A stretch of DNA of 64,000 nt, taken from Pecten maximus. Its lineage: Eukaryota. The translations under genes were made by a program, and so were the position numbers. Below are positions 13,210 to 25,666 of this stretch, piece by piece; position 1 is the stretch's first letter, and each line of letters starts with the position of its first letter. The stretch covers positions 23,808,001 to 23,872,000 of the forward strand of contig NC_047019.1 in assembly GCF_902652985.1 (NCBI RefSeq), in the 5' to 3' direction. The notes beneath the pieces were generated by a model that saw only the letters and a list, made by a program, of their open reading frames with translations, did no database searches and was not told the DNA's origin.

Positions 13210-14412
13210 TAAACGAGACCCATGGGCCTAAACGATCATCTGACAAACACTTACAGCAGGAACACAGCCCTTTATCCAGCATCATTACCATAAATTGTCT
13301 GTTTGCAGACAGTTATGTTTCAGATCAAATCTGGTTTTATCCATTTTGGATTAACGAAGGATATCTTAAAGCACTTTGGGGCCACGCCCCTTTATTCCCA
13401 TTGGTCGGACCAGCCTCATTTATATACATTTTCTTCCCAAATGATGTTTCATGATAAATATGGTTGTAATCAAATAAGGCATTAAGGTGGAGTAGCGTTT
13501 TAAAGCAATATTTAACCTAAGTTCTCCTTTTGGGGGCCCCGCCATTCTTTCCCCTGGGGTCGGACCTGGCTCGTTTATATAAATTATGATTGTCGTCCCT
13601 TATGAATTTTCAAACGAAATTTGGTTGTAATCCATTAAGGCATTAAGTAGGGGTAGCATTTTAATGCAAAATTTCTGCTAAGTTCCCTTTTTGGGGCCTC
13701 ACTCCTTTGTCCCCAGGGATCACACCAGCCTCATTTATATATATTATGATTGCCATCATCTTATGATGTTTCACACAAAATTTGGTTGTAATCCACTGAA
13801 CAGTTTTGGAGGAGTAGCGTTTCAAAGAAAACTCACAGCAAAGTTCCCCTTTTCGGGCCCCAGCAATCGGGCTCTATTAGTCACACTAGCCTCATTTATA
13901 TAAAATATAATTTCCCTCCTGCAATGATGTTTCACATTAAATTTGGTTGTAATGAATTCAAGGGTTAAGATGGAGTAAAGTTTTAAAGCAAAACTTCACC
14001 AAAGTTCTCCTTTTGGGGCACCGCCCCTCAGGTCCTAGGGGTCACACCAGCTTCATTTATATAAAATATGATCGCCCTCCCCAAGGATGTTTCACACGAA
14101 ATTTGTCTGTAATCCAACCAAATATTAAGGAGAAATAGGATTTTAAAGCAAAAATTCACCAAAGCTCCCCTTTTGGGGCCCAGCCCCTCCGGCCCCAGGG
14201 ATTAGATCAGCCTCATTTATATAAAATATGATTGCCCTCATCCCATGATGTTTCACACCAAATTTGGTAATAATCCACAGTGATGTTAAGGAGGAGTAGG
14301 GTTTTGAAAGAAACAGTCTAACAGCGGATGGCGGGCGGAGCATGACGGACGAGGACAGACAGAGCATGATGGCTATAGGTCATCCCGACCCTTTGGGTCA
14401 GATGACCTAAAA
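13210..14412 (-). mobile_element. Helentron-like non-autonomous element with diverged ~160-bp internal repeats
   Basis: AAACGAG end with subTIR GATCATCTGA. Other end has GACGGA repeats and stem-loop GGTCATCCCGACCC-TTT-GGGTCAGATGACC. AAATTTGGTTGTAATCC recurs internally. Confidence 0.7.
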
Positions 14413-14587
14413 ATGTATGTTACTTTAGGCATAAGACATCATACATTGATCACACAAGGGCAGAACTCCTTCAAATGGCTATCTTGACCTCTATATATTT
14501 ATCATCAAGATCAGTTAAAACTCTCATTTGGTATGGAAAGTTTGAATCTAGCTGGCTTGAATTCCCAATTGACCATCAGTTAGCATG

Positions 14588-15010
14588 AAACAAGAAGCCA
14601 GTTAGCCTGCATAACTCACCTGGATATTTAATCTGATCAATATCCCTTTACTGTAACAGGAGAAAATTTTGAAATATGTTCCTATATCTTTCCCTTGGGG
14701 TCTGCCCCTCAACCTCCCAGCTGACCCTCCATTTATATAACACTGTATCTCCTTTTTCCCAATAATCTTCTAGGCCAAATTTCATCAAAATCCATTGTGC
14801 AGTAAACAAAAGAAGATTGAAGCAGTTTTCATCTAAAGGATGTATCTCTCATCTTCCTTTTCAACCCTGATCCTCCAACCCATGAAGAGCCAGTTTATAC
14901 AAAACTACACTGTAGTTCCCACTCACTCAAGGATGCTCAGACCGAATTTGGACAAAATCCTGTTATTGCTACAAAAGAATGATTATTGGCATCATATAAG
15001 AATACACTTC
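14588..15010 (-). mobile_element. Old truncated Helentron-like element remnant
   Basis: AAACAAGAAGCC..ATAACTCACCTGG resembles the 7334 terminus. Internal units resemble the arrays of the other elements. Confidence 0.45.
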
Positions 15011-15567
15011 CCCTATACAAATCTCAGTAATAAATACAGTTGATAATAGCAAATTAAACTAGAAATCACTCTCTTCTACATACTGATATTTGCTGACATA
15101 TTTAATCATGTGGATGAGGGGTTCTTATTACCAGGCATAGGCCTATTGCTGGTTATATACAGCAAAACTAGTGATACATAAGTGTCGGTGTTGTACTAAT
15201 AAAAATAAATGTGATCATTTAGAACAATGGTATCTCTATTTGACCATATATATTTGTATGTCATGTAAAATATGATATGTCCTCTGAAATGGCTGAGAGT
15301 CCATGGTCGATTAAAAGCATGTGTCTTATATGTAACTTGCTGTATTTTGTACAAACTAACACAAATGCTGAAAAAAGAAATTGATCCTACATGTCAGTCA
15401 TTGCAGGAACAACTCTTACCCTGCATACACTGTGATGTTATCGGAATGTATGAAATATAACAATGTATTTAAATAATATTTAAATGCTACTAATTGACAT
15501 GGAAATCATCTCTAAGGAATCTGGCCTTCTAGCTGTTGCACATCTCCGTGCCCTGATTAAACACGCA

Positions 15568-15830
15568 TACTGGGTATTGCTAAAGCAATACTTATCCCCT
15601 ATCGGCCTCCACTAAAGATAGTAAATATGACCTTGACCAAAAACCCGCAAAATCAACTTGTCTGGGATATAACAGTCCTTTATCCTTGTGTGAATCGTGA
15701 TCAAAAATCCCTTAAGGAATGAAGCTGCTTGAGTACTGAAAACTTTGGTGTTACATACATACATATATATAATATGCGGACGGAAAGGAAACCTAACGTC
15801 CCCCTGGTTTCACTGGTTGGGGACTAAAAA
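15568..15830 (-). mobile_element. Short Helentron-like non-autonomous element
   Basis: Palindrome GTATTGCT-AA-AGCAATAC with subTIR TCCCC at one end. CGGACGG and stem-loop GTCCCC..GGGGACTAAAAA at the other. Confidence 0.5.
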
Positions 15831-16338
15831 CCGTGAAAGTTTGTTGAAATCTGTCAAGCAATTTTGAGGGAATTACAGATTAACAAAGTGGACCAACACT
15901 GATGATGGGCAATGACAACAGCTAGTGATCGTGGCAGTAATAAATTTACCATACAAGCATGTCTGGTAAGGACAAGACTTAACCGACTGCAAAATTATGA
16001 AACAGACACCACTTTCTGTAGTTCATCCTATAGGGTACAATGAGAAGTCATGAGTCTGGGACCTTTAAAGGACAGAACAAATTAAGTGTGTGACTCACTA
16101 TCACATACTTGTTAACAAGCATGCTAAGTTCCATCCCTCTACTAAGACTAGTTACAAAGTTATGAAACAGACACGAATACTGATGTTTTGGACAGATGCA
16201 CTGGTGCACAGACAGACATTCACTATTGGGTGTCGGCCACTATGTGGTAGGGCCATAATATCATCAACAGAAAGAAGTGTACACAATATGTACACCCATA
16301 CTAGAACTCAATGTATAAGATCTGACTGTACTTGTTAT

Positions 16339-19300
16339 CTACCAATAAATCCGTACTTTGTCTTCAATTGCACCTCGACAGATTGGGCATTCATACAGGA
16401 GAGATGCACATGAAAAACAGCAGACCAAATGGCCACAAGGTAAAAATACTACACACACATCTTCCTCCATACAGATCTTACACTGGGAACGCAGCTTCAG
16501 ACTAAAGTGTTCCTTCGTCAGAGAATGTAGTTCTGTAATGAAAGAAATTATTCACAGCAAAGAACAATTATAGGTTAAGGTCCAAGATATAACATGGTAT
16601 ATACAAGTAAAACAAACACCATTATTTCTGCCGTTTTCTAATGTATTGCATGTATATGTTTAACAATGGTATATACATGTATACACATTTTCCCTCATCG
16701 CTTATCAACCTGTTTTTTATCTCAAGAGTTTTAAGAAGAAACACAAAATGGAGGGGTTGTTCTGATTGAAATCCCAAAGTTAACATTCAGTAAAGACATA
16801 TTGTGTACATTTGCTGTATATGATATTTGCCTTGAAGAAAAAAAATTGTAAATATAGTGACCTTCCTGAAGTTGTATTAATTGTTCAATACAGAAATAGA
16901 AATCTCAATGAATTATTTTTTGCCAGAATATTAAAATGTATTACTTAAATCTTCCATTGAAGTGTCATGGGGGATGGCAGTCTGAGCACCAGATGCTTGC
17001 ATAGGATCACTAGGTACCAGAGAAGGGGAGGACACTCCTGCATGTTCTGGTGGAGTAAGATCTGGTCCATGTGGTTCTTGTGGAATAACGACCGGAACAT
17101 TGTCAAGGTCCATTATTGTTTTGAGCAATGACTGAAGGTCAAACTGGGGTCCTGAAGTTTTGAAATCAAACAAATGTTTTTTAAATAATGCCTTTCAATT
17201 AGTTCATGAACAAATGTCAAATAAGTTATCTTAGGTAAGACATTTTTGAATATTACAGATTTGATAATTCAATAAATAAAGAGAATACAGAAAGTAAGAC
17301 ACTGAATTGAACCAGTATTTTATTTCATTAAGGGGATATGACAGGGTCAGGAAATAATAAACCAAGTATCACAAAAGATGACAAGAGTGATCTTTGCGTC
17401 ACCATTTGTTTTGTTGAAAAAAATTACTGTGCCTTTCTATACTAATTTATATATCTATTTTTTTTTGGAGAAAAATGCAGTTTTTCAAAAAAAGAATTTT
17501 TTTTTTCAAAATAAGGATGAAAAAAAACCCATAATTATCTGTAAATGTTTAGTGGTTACTGGGAGAATCTTATTTTCATTCAAAAACCCTACCTTTAAGA
17601 AAGAATTTTATTTTTGAGGACTTTTTTATTTCACCAAATTATGGAATTTTGATTTTGATTTTCCAAAAAACTATTTTGACATGAATGAAATCATATCTCC
17701 ATCTTACAGTGATAGATTATGATAAATATTAGAAAACGGAAAAATGAAAGCACAACCTTACCATGAAAAAAAAATAATCATGCAACATATTGTGGTTTTT
17801 CTTTTTATCGCGTAAAAATGACTTATCTCCCCTTTATATTTCACAGACCAACATGCATGGCTCCTGACTTAATTGGCATATGTATCAACACTCCCAGGAA
17901 ATAATTTTTACGAGCTTAACTCAAACATAGGTCTGACATTCGATTGTAATCTTTTTCTCAGGAGATAGCATTTCATGAGTGTTTCATATCACATAAATTA
18001 ATTATTTTGGGTAATCAGTGCTTTTTATACTAAAAAAGAATATAAGAAAATCGTGGTACAAATTACAGGGCACTTTAAGTGCATGTGAAAAAATTTTCAC
18101 AACCTCATCAAAAAAAGAAGCTGCAGTATGTAGGTACATGTATATATATTGATCAGACTGGCTGCATAAAATTATGATTTTAACATTTTTTAATACATTA
18201 CATTCCAATTCAAGGCATATTGATCAATCCTGTTGTGATTGTGAACATAAGTTTTTGAAGGGAACAAAAAAAAGACTTCGGGAGATCTGTGCCTGACTTC
18301 TGTACACATGATTACTTATAAAACCTCCCTGAATGGCTCAAAATGGAAAAGAACAAACCTAGTTTCTCAACAGCCTTCTGTATCTTGTCTGGTTGATAGC
18401 CCATCTGTCGTGCACGGTCTAATGGATCGTCCTCTTGAGGTTGTCTTACAGTCAGGTTTTCAGAAGACTGGGACTGTAACCACATAAAGGTGTTAAACAA
18501 ACGAGAAAACTTTAAAGATTGACTTAAACAAAACAAAGAGTTACCTGTACTAAAGAGACATGCACCTGTATGCTTTACTCTTTATATTCATGATAATATT
18601 GCAAGCAACCTTGCAGTGGTAGAAACAGAGGGATATAAAGCTATATAATGAAAATAAAAGACAGATACACCTGTCCAGAACAAAAAATTACTGAAGTCCT
18701 GAACTATTCAGGAGACATAAATTTATGTGTGTGACATGTCAAGCTCAGATATGACTGAAAGTTTGGATATACATGTACCCATACGTGGCATTTAAGTTTA
18801 AATACAAAGCATTTTACTTACATTGATGATTTCTTGTATGACTTTTTCTCCCTTTAGAATGACCATCCAACTACAGGTTGCAGACCAACGAATATGTTCC
18901 AGTACAGGGTCGTCAGTAGGCTCCCAATCCTTCAGTACTGTTCCACACCAATAACACTGCACCTTGTCCCCTACACCTGTACAAATACAGTCAATAAAAG
19001 GTGAAATTCAACAACTTTACCTGGTTGTACAGTACATGTATACTGCTGCCATTTATCTATTTTGTGTTTTAAAGTATGTAAATTTGGTAATGGGATGGTG
19101 GAAAGCAAGGTGAATATATGCATCTGAAATTTAATCATGAAATGAAATTAAAAAACACATTCATCTTGGAATTGAATTTAATTGAATTTTAAATCTGTTG
19201 GAACTATTATTTTCTTAGTATGTAACACAAAATATTAATGTAACTCATCAAGATTTTTATAAATTGTAAGCCATTTTTTTTTTTTTATTATATTCTGCAG

Positions 19301-19851
19301 ATGATTTTTATTATGAAAAAGAATTATATGAAATTTAAATCTATATAATTATTAATTTTCTTGGTATATAACACAAAATATTTATGTAAATCATTGATAA
19401 TTTCATAGATCTTCACAGCTATGACACACAAAGTCATGTACATAGATGACGTTTCAGACTTACCAATATAAAAAAATCCAGCTTTGGACATCTGCCGAGG
19501 TTGCTGCTTTAGTTGAGACGGCCAATCAGTAAATGATGCCAGTCTTACCTCAAAATCACAATATTTAGGATGTTTGAACACAGATTTCACAAATGGACAC
19601 TGCGGAAACAGTCTACAATGCTCGAGATAGACATCATCCCCCTCGACCCAGTTCCTGATGATGCCCCTGCAGTATGTACACTGGACACTATCATCTCCTC
19701 TGCCCATACAGTAGAATCCTTCCCGTATCAGCTCATCTACAGATATGTATGGCTTACTGGATGGCCAATGCTTCGCAAAGGTTGTCCTCCGCTGTTTAGA
19801 ATCATCTCTCAATCTTACAAGATATGCTCGGTCATCTTCTGGCTCCGTCAT
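16339..19851 (-). CDS. Inhibitor of apoptosis protein (BIR-BIR-UBA-RING, XIAP/BIRC7/DIAP-like), 352 aa, 5 coding exons
   Basis: Exons 19851-19464, 18976-18822, 18473-18359, 17151-16945, 16532-16339, all GT-AG with consistent phases (1059 nt). BIR1 is VQCTYC..W..EH..FPQCPF, BIR2 is VQCYWC..WEPTDDPVLEH..C, UBA-like segment ARQMGY, RING CKICMEEDVCVVFLPCGHLVCCFSCASLLYECPICR ending IYW*. An in-frame TAA lies upstream of ATG 19851. Confidence 0.9.
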
Positions 19852-20175
19852 ACTGGATCCCAATTCACCAATTTATTTCCTGATGCATGTTCTTGGAGGT
19901 GGGGGGGGTGACACTGCCTTTCTTTAATTACATTGCAGAACTCTTCAGCAGTTCATGTAATATACTTTCTTAGAAATTTGATCTGATATTTGGGTGCTCA
20001 GATAAAGGACAATAAAGATTGTAAAGCCTGAAAGATTGAAAAAAACATACTTCAGCAATACATCAAATAAAAACAATCCAATAAATGGTCCTACAATTAT
20101 AATACATTTTGTTAATAGATTTTTACAATGCCGCTTGGGCATGATAACTTGTTACTGTGTAAAAAAATCTAACAT

Positions 20176-20354
20176 CTATGGAGTAAATGATAAAGCCAGC
20201 ATGTGGATAAAAAAATACTCTCAGACAGAGAACAGTGTATACTTGTGATTAAAGAATATATATTTTCTGACTGGGTTTCAATCACAAGTATACACTGTTC
20301 TCTGTCTGAGAGTATTTTTTTATCCAGGTGCTGGCTTTATCATTTACTCCATAG
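20176..20354. repeat. Long inverted repeat (75-bp arms, 29-nt loop)
   Basis: 20176-20250 is the reverse complement of 20280-20354 with only 2 mismatches. Confidence 0.95.
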
Positions 20355-21670
20355 TATCTAAGCTTGTGACAGAGAAGAGAATAGTTCACTCTGTCAAACG
20401 CCTGAGAGAAGTCCATGATGAGGACATCACTCTGCCTTCTGTCATCTATAGTCTGTGATACATCATTTAGGAAATCTAAATGCTGACTCTCGCCCGATCT
20501 TAATTCGTAGAAAATGTATTGTAGTGGGTAAAGGATATGTTATGGTTGTCAGCAGGGTTCACAATGTTGAATAATATAATGATTTGCAGCATACAAAGGT
20601 TTATGATATTTGCCTATAATTTTCAGGATTGAACCTAGGACCTTTTTTTATTTTAAATATATGGGTGAGACATATGCTAACTTCCAATCCTTTAGGACTT
20701 TACTAGAATTTAATGATTTGCTGAAAATTATTTGTAGGATTGGGCAATCTCAGGAGAAAGGTATTAAGGTGTTATTGGTTTCACACTCACTGGACCTGCA
20801 TTGCTCCTTTAATTTGCCTGGATTTAGATGACTCAAGTTCTGGGTAATATCTTTTGATGTGATAGTAATGTCAGGCATGACTGGAAATTTCGGAATGAAA
20901 TTGTGCATTTAAAGCATATGTGCTTTGGAAAAAGGATCATGTACTACTTTCCCTTCTACTTTAAGAGATGACACGTCGTTGTTGTCTGTTCTTTTTTGCT
21001 TTATATATAAGATCAAAGTGTTTCCATACAACTGTTTTTCTTCATTATTTTTAGTTGCCCTCTATAGCTACATGTATGTATTGCCAGTATGATTGACGTG
21101 GAATGAATATTCATACCCTGCCTACACTGCTCTGTGACGACGACCAACTGTCAGAAATTGTCCGTCCGTCGTCCAGAGCTTCGTTATCGCAGCTATGATT
21201 GACGTCGCCTGACTTTCCTCTGGCCCTGACACCATGCATGTCTGGTGTAGGACATGGTGTAGGACATGGTGTAGGACATGGTGCCAGGGCCAGAGGAAAC
21301 TCTGGCTATGATTGACGTCGATCTTACTTAATAACATATATTGTTTTAGTTTTATGCTTAATTTGTAAATAGATATATTGTGCATTGACCTTATAAATTA
21401 AGCATGCGATTGTAATAAGGTAATTTACTCGTCTAGATAATCTATAATGTAAAACATTTTGATTAAAAACATAATCATGTCCACAGTCTAACCTGTGGGG
21501 TGCACGAGATTCATCAGTTCATCACCAATATTTACCATATGTTGGGTAAGGCCATTGGCATTTTTTGAATAAATGACATTTAGCAAGTTCTTCATGGGCG
21601 AAAATATATATCCATATCTTCAACTGACAGACTGGCTTTCTAGTGGGTACAAATCATCGCTGGAGACATC

Positions 21671-21682
21671 GGGGAATTCCCC
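21671..21682. promoter_or_regulatory. Perfect palindromic NF-kB/Rel site GGGGAATTCCCC
   Basis: Matches the kB consensus GGGRNNYYCC and lies upstream of the IAP CDS in the divergent intergenic region. Confidence 0.6.
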
Positions 21683-21941
21683 GCGTTTGTTTATTTATCT
21701 AAAAATAAAAACAGCTTAGAAATGGAATTCCGTATTTTATTACTATTTATGGATTATCAAACTTATGCAATTCGAGAACCGTTTCAAAGGTTATGGAAAA
21801 TTGTAAACATAAATTGAAAGAAAAAAAGCGCAATTTAGTTATTCAAGCATATTTAAAAAATAACTTGACATTTTCTCTGTTTTTCATGTGTGTAACAGTA
21901 CCGGTACTGGTATTGCCGTTTAGAATGCTTATGTTATATCC

Positions 21942-21951
21942 GGGGAATTCC
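21942..21951. promoter_or_regulatory. Second NF-kB/Rel site GGGGAATTCC
   Basis: Consensus match ~270 nt from the first site. A weaker TGGAATTCC is at 21723-21731. Confidence 0.55.
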
Positions 21952-22297
21952 GGATGCTGCTGTTTATCTGGTCCGACCGCCTCAATTAGATCTAATGCGG
22001 ACTTCACTAGATTGGAAGACGTTTAATCTCAGAAGAGTTTTACTTATAAAGAACTAAGACTACCTATGTGTCTTCATTTTGTTGTATTTATTCTCAATCA
22101 GTGTCAATGTGTACCTTAAACACGAGAATTTTCGCAATGTCTGTTCTACTCATGCATGGCTATCTCCGGTAATTTATTCCGAAATCTATCTAGATCGGTA
22201 CACCCGTGTAAACGAAAGCAACCGTCATTTTTGTCCAAATAATGTTTCCAGTGATGAGACAATGGTGTTAATGAGGCCCGTGTACAGCATGTAGAAC

Positions 22298-24339
22298 ATG
22301 TCGGATACCAGCAATCTTGATCCTGCTTCCCTTAGTTCAAGGAAGGATGAAATTGCACGCAGGGAGCTGCAGCAGAGGAGACACTACTTTTTACAGAAGG
22401 AGCTTCAGAACATGGCCAGAGAGCTCCCTGGGTTCGTAAACCATAGATCAATTAATGGAATTGTAATTAATCCATGATAATAGGCTAATATGGGCGTGTA
22501 CATGTAGCTAAACTTATTTGATTATTCTGTATAAATCGCACCAATGCAAGTAATCGTGACAGTTATGATCAACACTTTAAACACGTCGTCTACACACATG
22601 AATTATCTTCTTTTTTTTTCTACAAAATTGTACACCAACTCGTAGCCATAAACCCAACACACATACTCACTCCTACAGACCCTCGAACGAGACATGCACA
22701 CCCTCAAGCATACAAACACTAAGCTGCTATAAAGGGCACCTACAAATATTCGTTCTTCCCTCACACAATAACACACTGGAATCCACTTGAGCTTCCAATA
22801 CTGGCAACAGCAGCAGTACAGTGCTCAACACTAGACGACTTCAAGGCACACATAACCTATATACCGCTCTTGAAGTCTAAATCACACAATAAACCACACC
22901 ACTGTTTTTTATCCTTTTTACATTTTATCTATACCCTGCACACAAAAAATCACTTGTCAATTACCCCATTAACAGGCCTCTGCGCCAGAACCCCCAAGGG
23001 TATTATCGTCTTTAAGATGGCACCCCCGTAAAAAGAAAAAGGTGTGTGTTTTTACAGATGTTTTTCGCAGGTCGAAGAGACCACTATAATTTAGTCTAGT
23101 GGTTTGCAATTCCAGTGGTTATGATAGATATTACATGTACTATTTGTTAGCCACCTATGAACCACCATATTATATATATTATTGCCATGAATCTCTCCAT
23201 TGTGTTTTCAGTAAGTATCAGCAGCGGATGCCATACAATGTACTGTCTGGTCTAGCCAATGTTCTTCTTGATGACACCATGTTTGAGATTGTCCGAAGCC
23301 TTCAGGAAGTGCAGCAGCTGGAAGAGAGACACCTGTCTAGTCAGCGCATCAAACTCGTCAATGACCATAAAGGTGTGCAGCCATATATTAAGTCACACCC
23401 TGAATAATATTCACTCATTTTTCAAGCCCAGGCTAGTGAGAATTTCCCATTTTTTATATATATTCTGTTTATTTTATAAATAACAGTGAAAAAATCGAAA
23501 TAAGTCATTATGAAAATATTACTGTGGCTGTATTTTTACTGACATTACAGCACAAAGACATGACCTTCAGAAGAAACACAAGGAGATGTTACAGTCTTGT
23601 CAGACCAAACCACACAACCTCCCTATAGTGGAAAGTACCATTGAAAGGGAGAAAATTGTGAGTATACATAAAGTGGAATTTGCAAATAGGCAAATAGTTA
23701 CACATGTAGACAGATGCACAGCGGCTAATACTTATGTATCTGACCCAAATAGGACTAGAACAACATTTAGTACCTGTATTTCATTATCCTTTGTCCATAA
23801 ACTTTTATTTAAAAGACTACTCTTTTAGCACAGCCCTCTCCATATCTGACAAGACAAGCTATAGCTACACAGGTGAACAAGTTTTGACAGATGACCACAG
23901 TAATCTGCAGGTGCAATAGTCGCACCCAATTACTCAGAACACTTCTGCTATTAGAATCATGATCATGACTGTCAAATTACGAATTTAATAACATAAAATG
24001 CTTGTATATCAAACACTGGAGTTTGGTAAGCAGACAGTCATCAAATAGTGTACTCTAAAGTTGATAAATTCTCTAAATGTTTACAATATTATAACATGAT
24101 GACTGTTATGTGCTTGCTGTATGTTTCAGACACTAGAGCGGCGCTGTGAAGAAGAAGTGAAGAAGCGGGACATGAAGATCATCCTGGATCTGGATCAGAA
24201 GGTCATGGATCAACAAGTGATGCTGGAGCGGGCTGGTGTTCCTGGATTCTTCGTCACCAACAAAAAACAAGACATTCAGCTTCAGATGTATCTCCTTGAG
24301 TTCATACAGAGACTTAGTCATATGGATATTCCCTCCTGA
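22298..24339 (+). CDS. DGCR6: DGCR6 / gonadal protein (gdl) homolog, 203 aa, 4 exons
   Basis: Exons 22298-22431, 23212-23372, 23551-23657, 24130-24339 (612 nt, GT-AG, phases consistent). The peptide QQRRHYFLQKELQNMARELPGKYQQRMPY..LLDDTMFEIVRSLQEVQQLEE..KPHNLP..DMKIILDLDQKVMDQQVMLERAGVPGFFVT..LQMYLLEFI follows the DGCR6 family along its length. Confidence 0.92.
22615..22900 (+). mobile_element. CR1/L2-group LINE 3' fragment in DGCR6 intron 1
   Basis: Translates FYKIVHQLVAI..RTRH..*..YKYSFFPHTITHWN, matching the ORF2 C-terminal SFFPRTIxxWN motif, with an internal stop. Confidence 0.7.
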
Positions 24340-24790
24340 CCTTTGCTTCTGAGACTTTTTTATTTAGAGGTCATTACTCAAGTCTTCTTCATAGAGACTT
24401 TGTCATTTAGAGATCAGTCTTATTTTCTGTATTTGTAGACTACCTGATCTTTTGCATACAGATTCAGCCATATGGAGATCACCCTGGTCTTTTTCATAGA
24501 AACTCAGTCATTTAGAGATGAATCTGATCTTGTTCATAGAGACTCTACCATTAGAAAAATCTCTGATCTTTTTTAAAATGAGACACAGTCATTAGGAGAT
24601 CACCCATATTAGGAGGGACAGTAGCCATTTTCATATCTACCAGGTCTAATTCTTCATCATTAAAAGAACATTATGATCTTTGTTGTAATCATTTATATAT
24701 TTTTTTTATAATAATCCTTTTTATTAGATGCTCTCCCATTTTGAGATCTCTTTCGTTATTATTCAGAGACTTGATCAAATGGATTTACAA
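24300..24790 (+). repeat. Decayed ~40-bp tandem repeat spanning the DGCR6 stop codon and proximal 3' UTR
   Basis: TTCATAGAGACTxxGTCATTTAGAGATCxxxCTGATCTT-like units recur about 7-8 times starting from the last codons. Confidence 0.65.
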
Positions 24791-25666
24791 AAAGAATGGT
24801 GGAACCCAAGTTGTTCCATCATATATATCATTGTTTGTCAATGTTATTGTTAACATTAAAATGCCATTCTGTTGATAGGCTCAATGATACCATATAATGC
24901 ACTGTTCAGAATATCAAGTAAAATTATGTCTTTGATTCCTGTGCACACTTAACAACTTGGATTGTATATTCAATTGATTATTATAATGAAGAATGAGATA
25001 GTTTGAGAGATAGATATGTAGGTGTGATATATATGTACAGAGTTTATACATGTACTTTCTATATGATTATGAATGAACACTTTTGTGATAAATAAATATG
25101 CTCACTTATTGAAAAGTATCGAATATTTGATATAAGTTGTTTGACAAATTAAAATTGTATATTAGAATGGAATCAAATAAAATTTCTCATTATCGGAAGT
25201 ATCATTGTGGACCTGGTGATTCCTCTGCTTCTAGTTAGGTAGACTACAGTGTCATGGACAGTCTTAAATTAAGTCAATACAATTAATCGATCATTAGATA
25301 AGACGGCATCTATTGTGTCAATACTGTTGAATTTATTGTCCTATATCACATTTACATTCAATTTGTTATAAAATGCAAGTTGATGAAATATGCACCTACA
25401 TGTATGGTACATCAAGTACATATTTAACAAAATGGATCTCTAGAAAATGAGAAACTTGAAGGATGTACAAGAAAATATAATAGGTTAGACAAGATATTTA
25501 ATTACTTAGTGTTGATTCTTTACACTCAATTGACTTTTGAACTTAAGGTCATAAAGTCACAACAGTTTACTGACAGAGCAATGCATTTTATCTGGGATGA
25601 TAAAGGTATATACAGTAACTTTCATTGTTACCTCACAAACAGCTAGTTTTTGGAGGGGATATTGGA

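Noticed and set aside
17328-18001. Possible Kolobok-like MITE in an IAP intron
   Set aside because: The terminal inverted repeats are too degenerate to support boundaries by eye.
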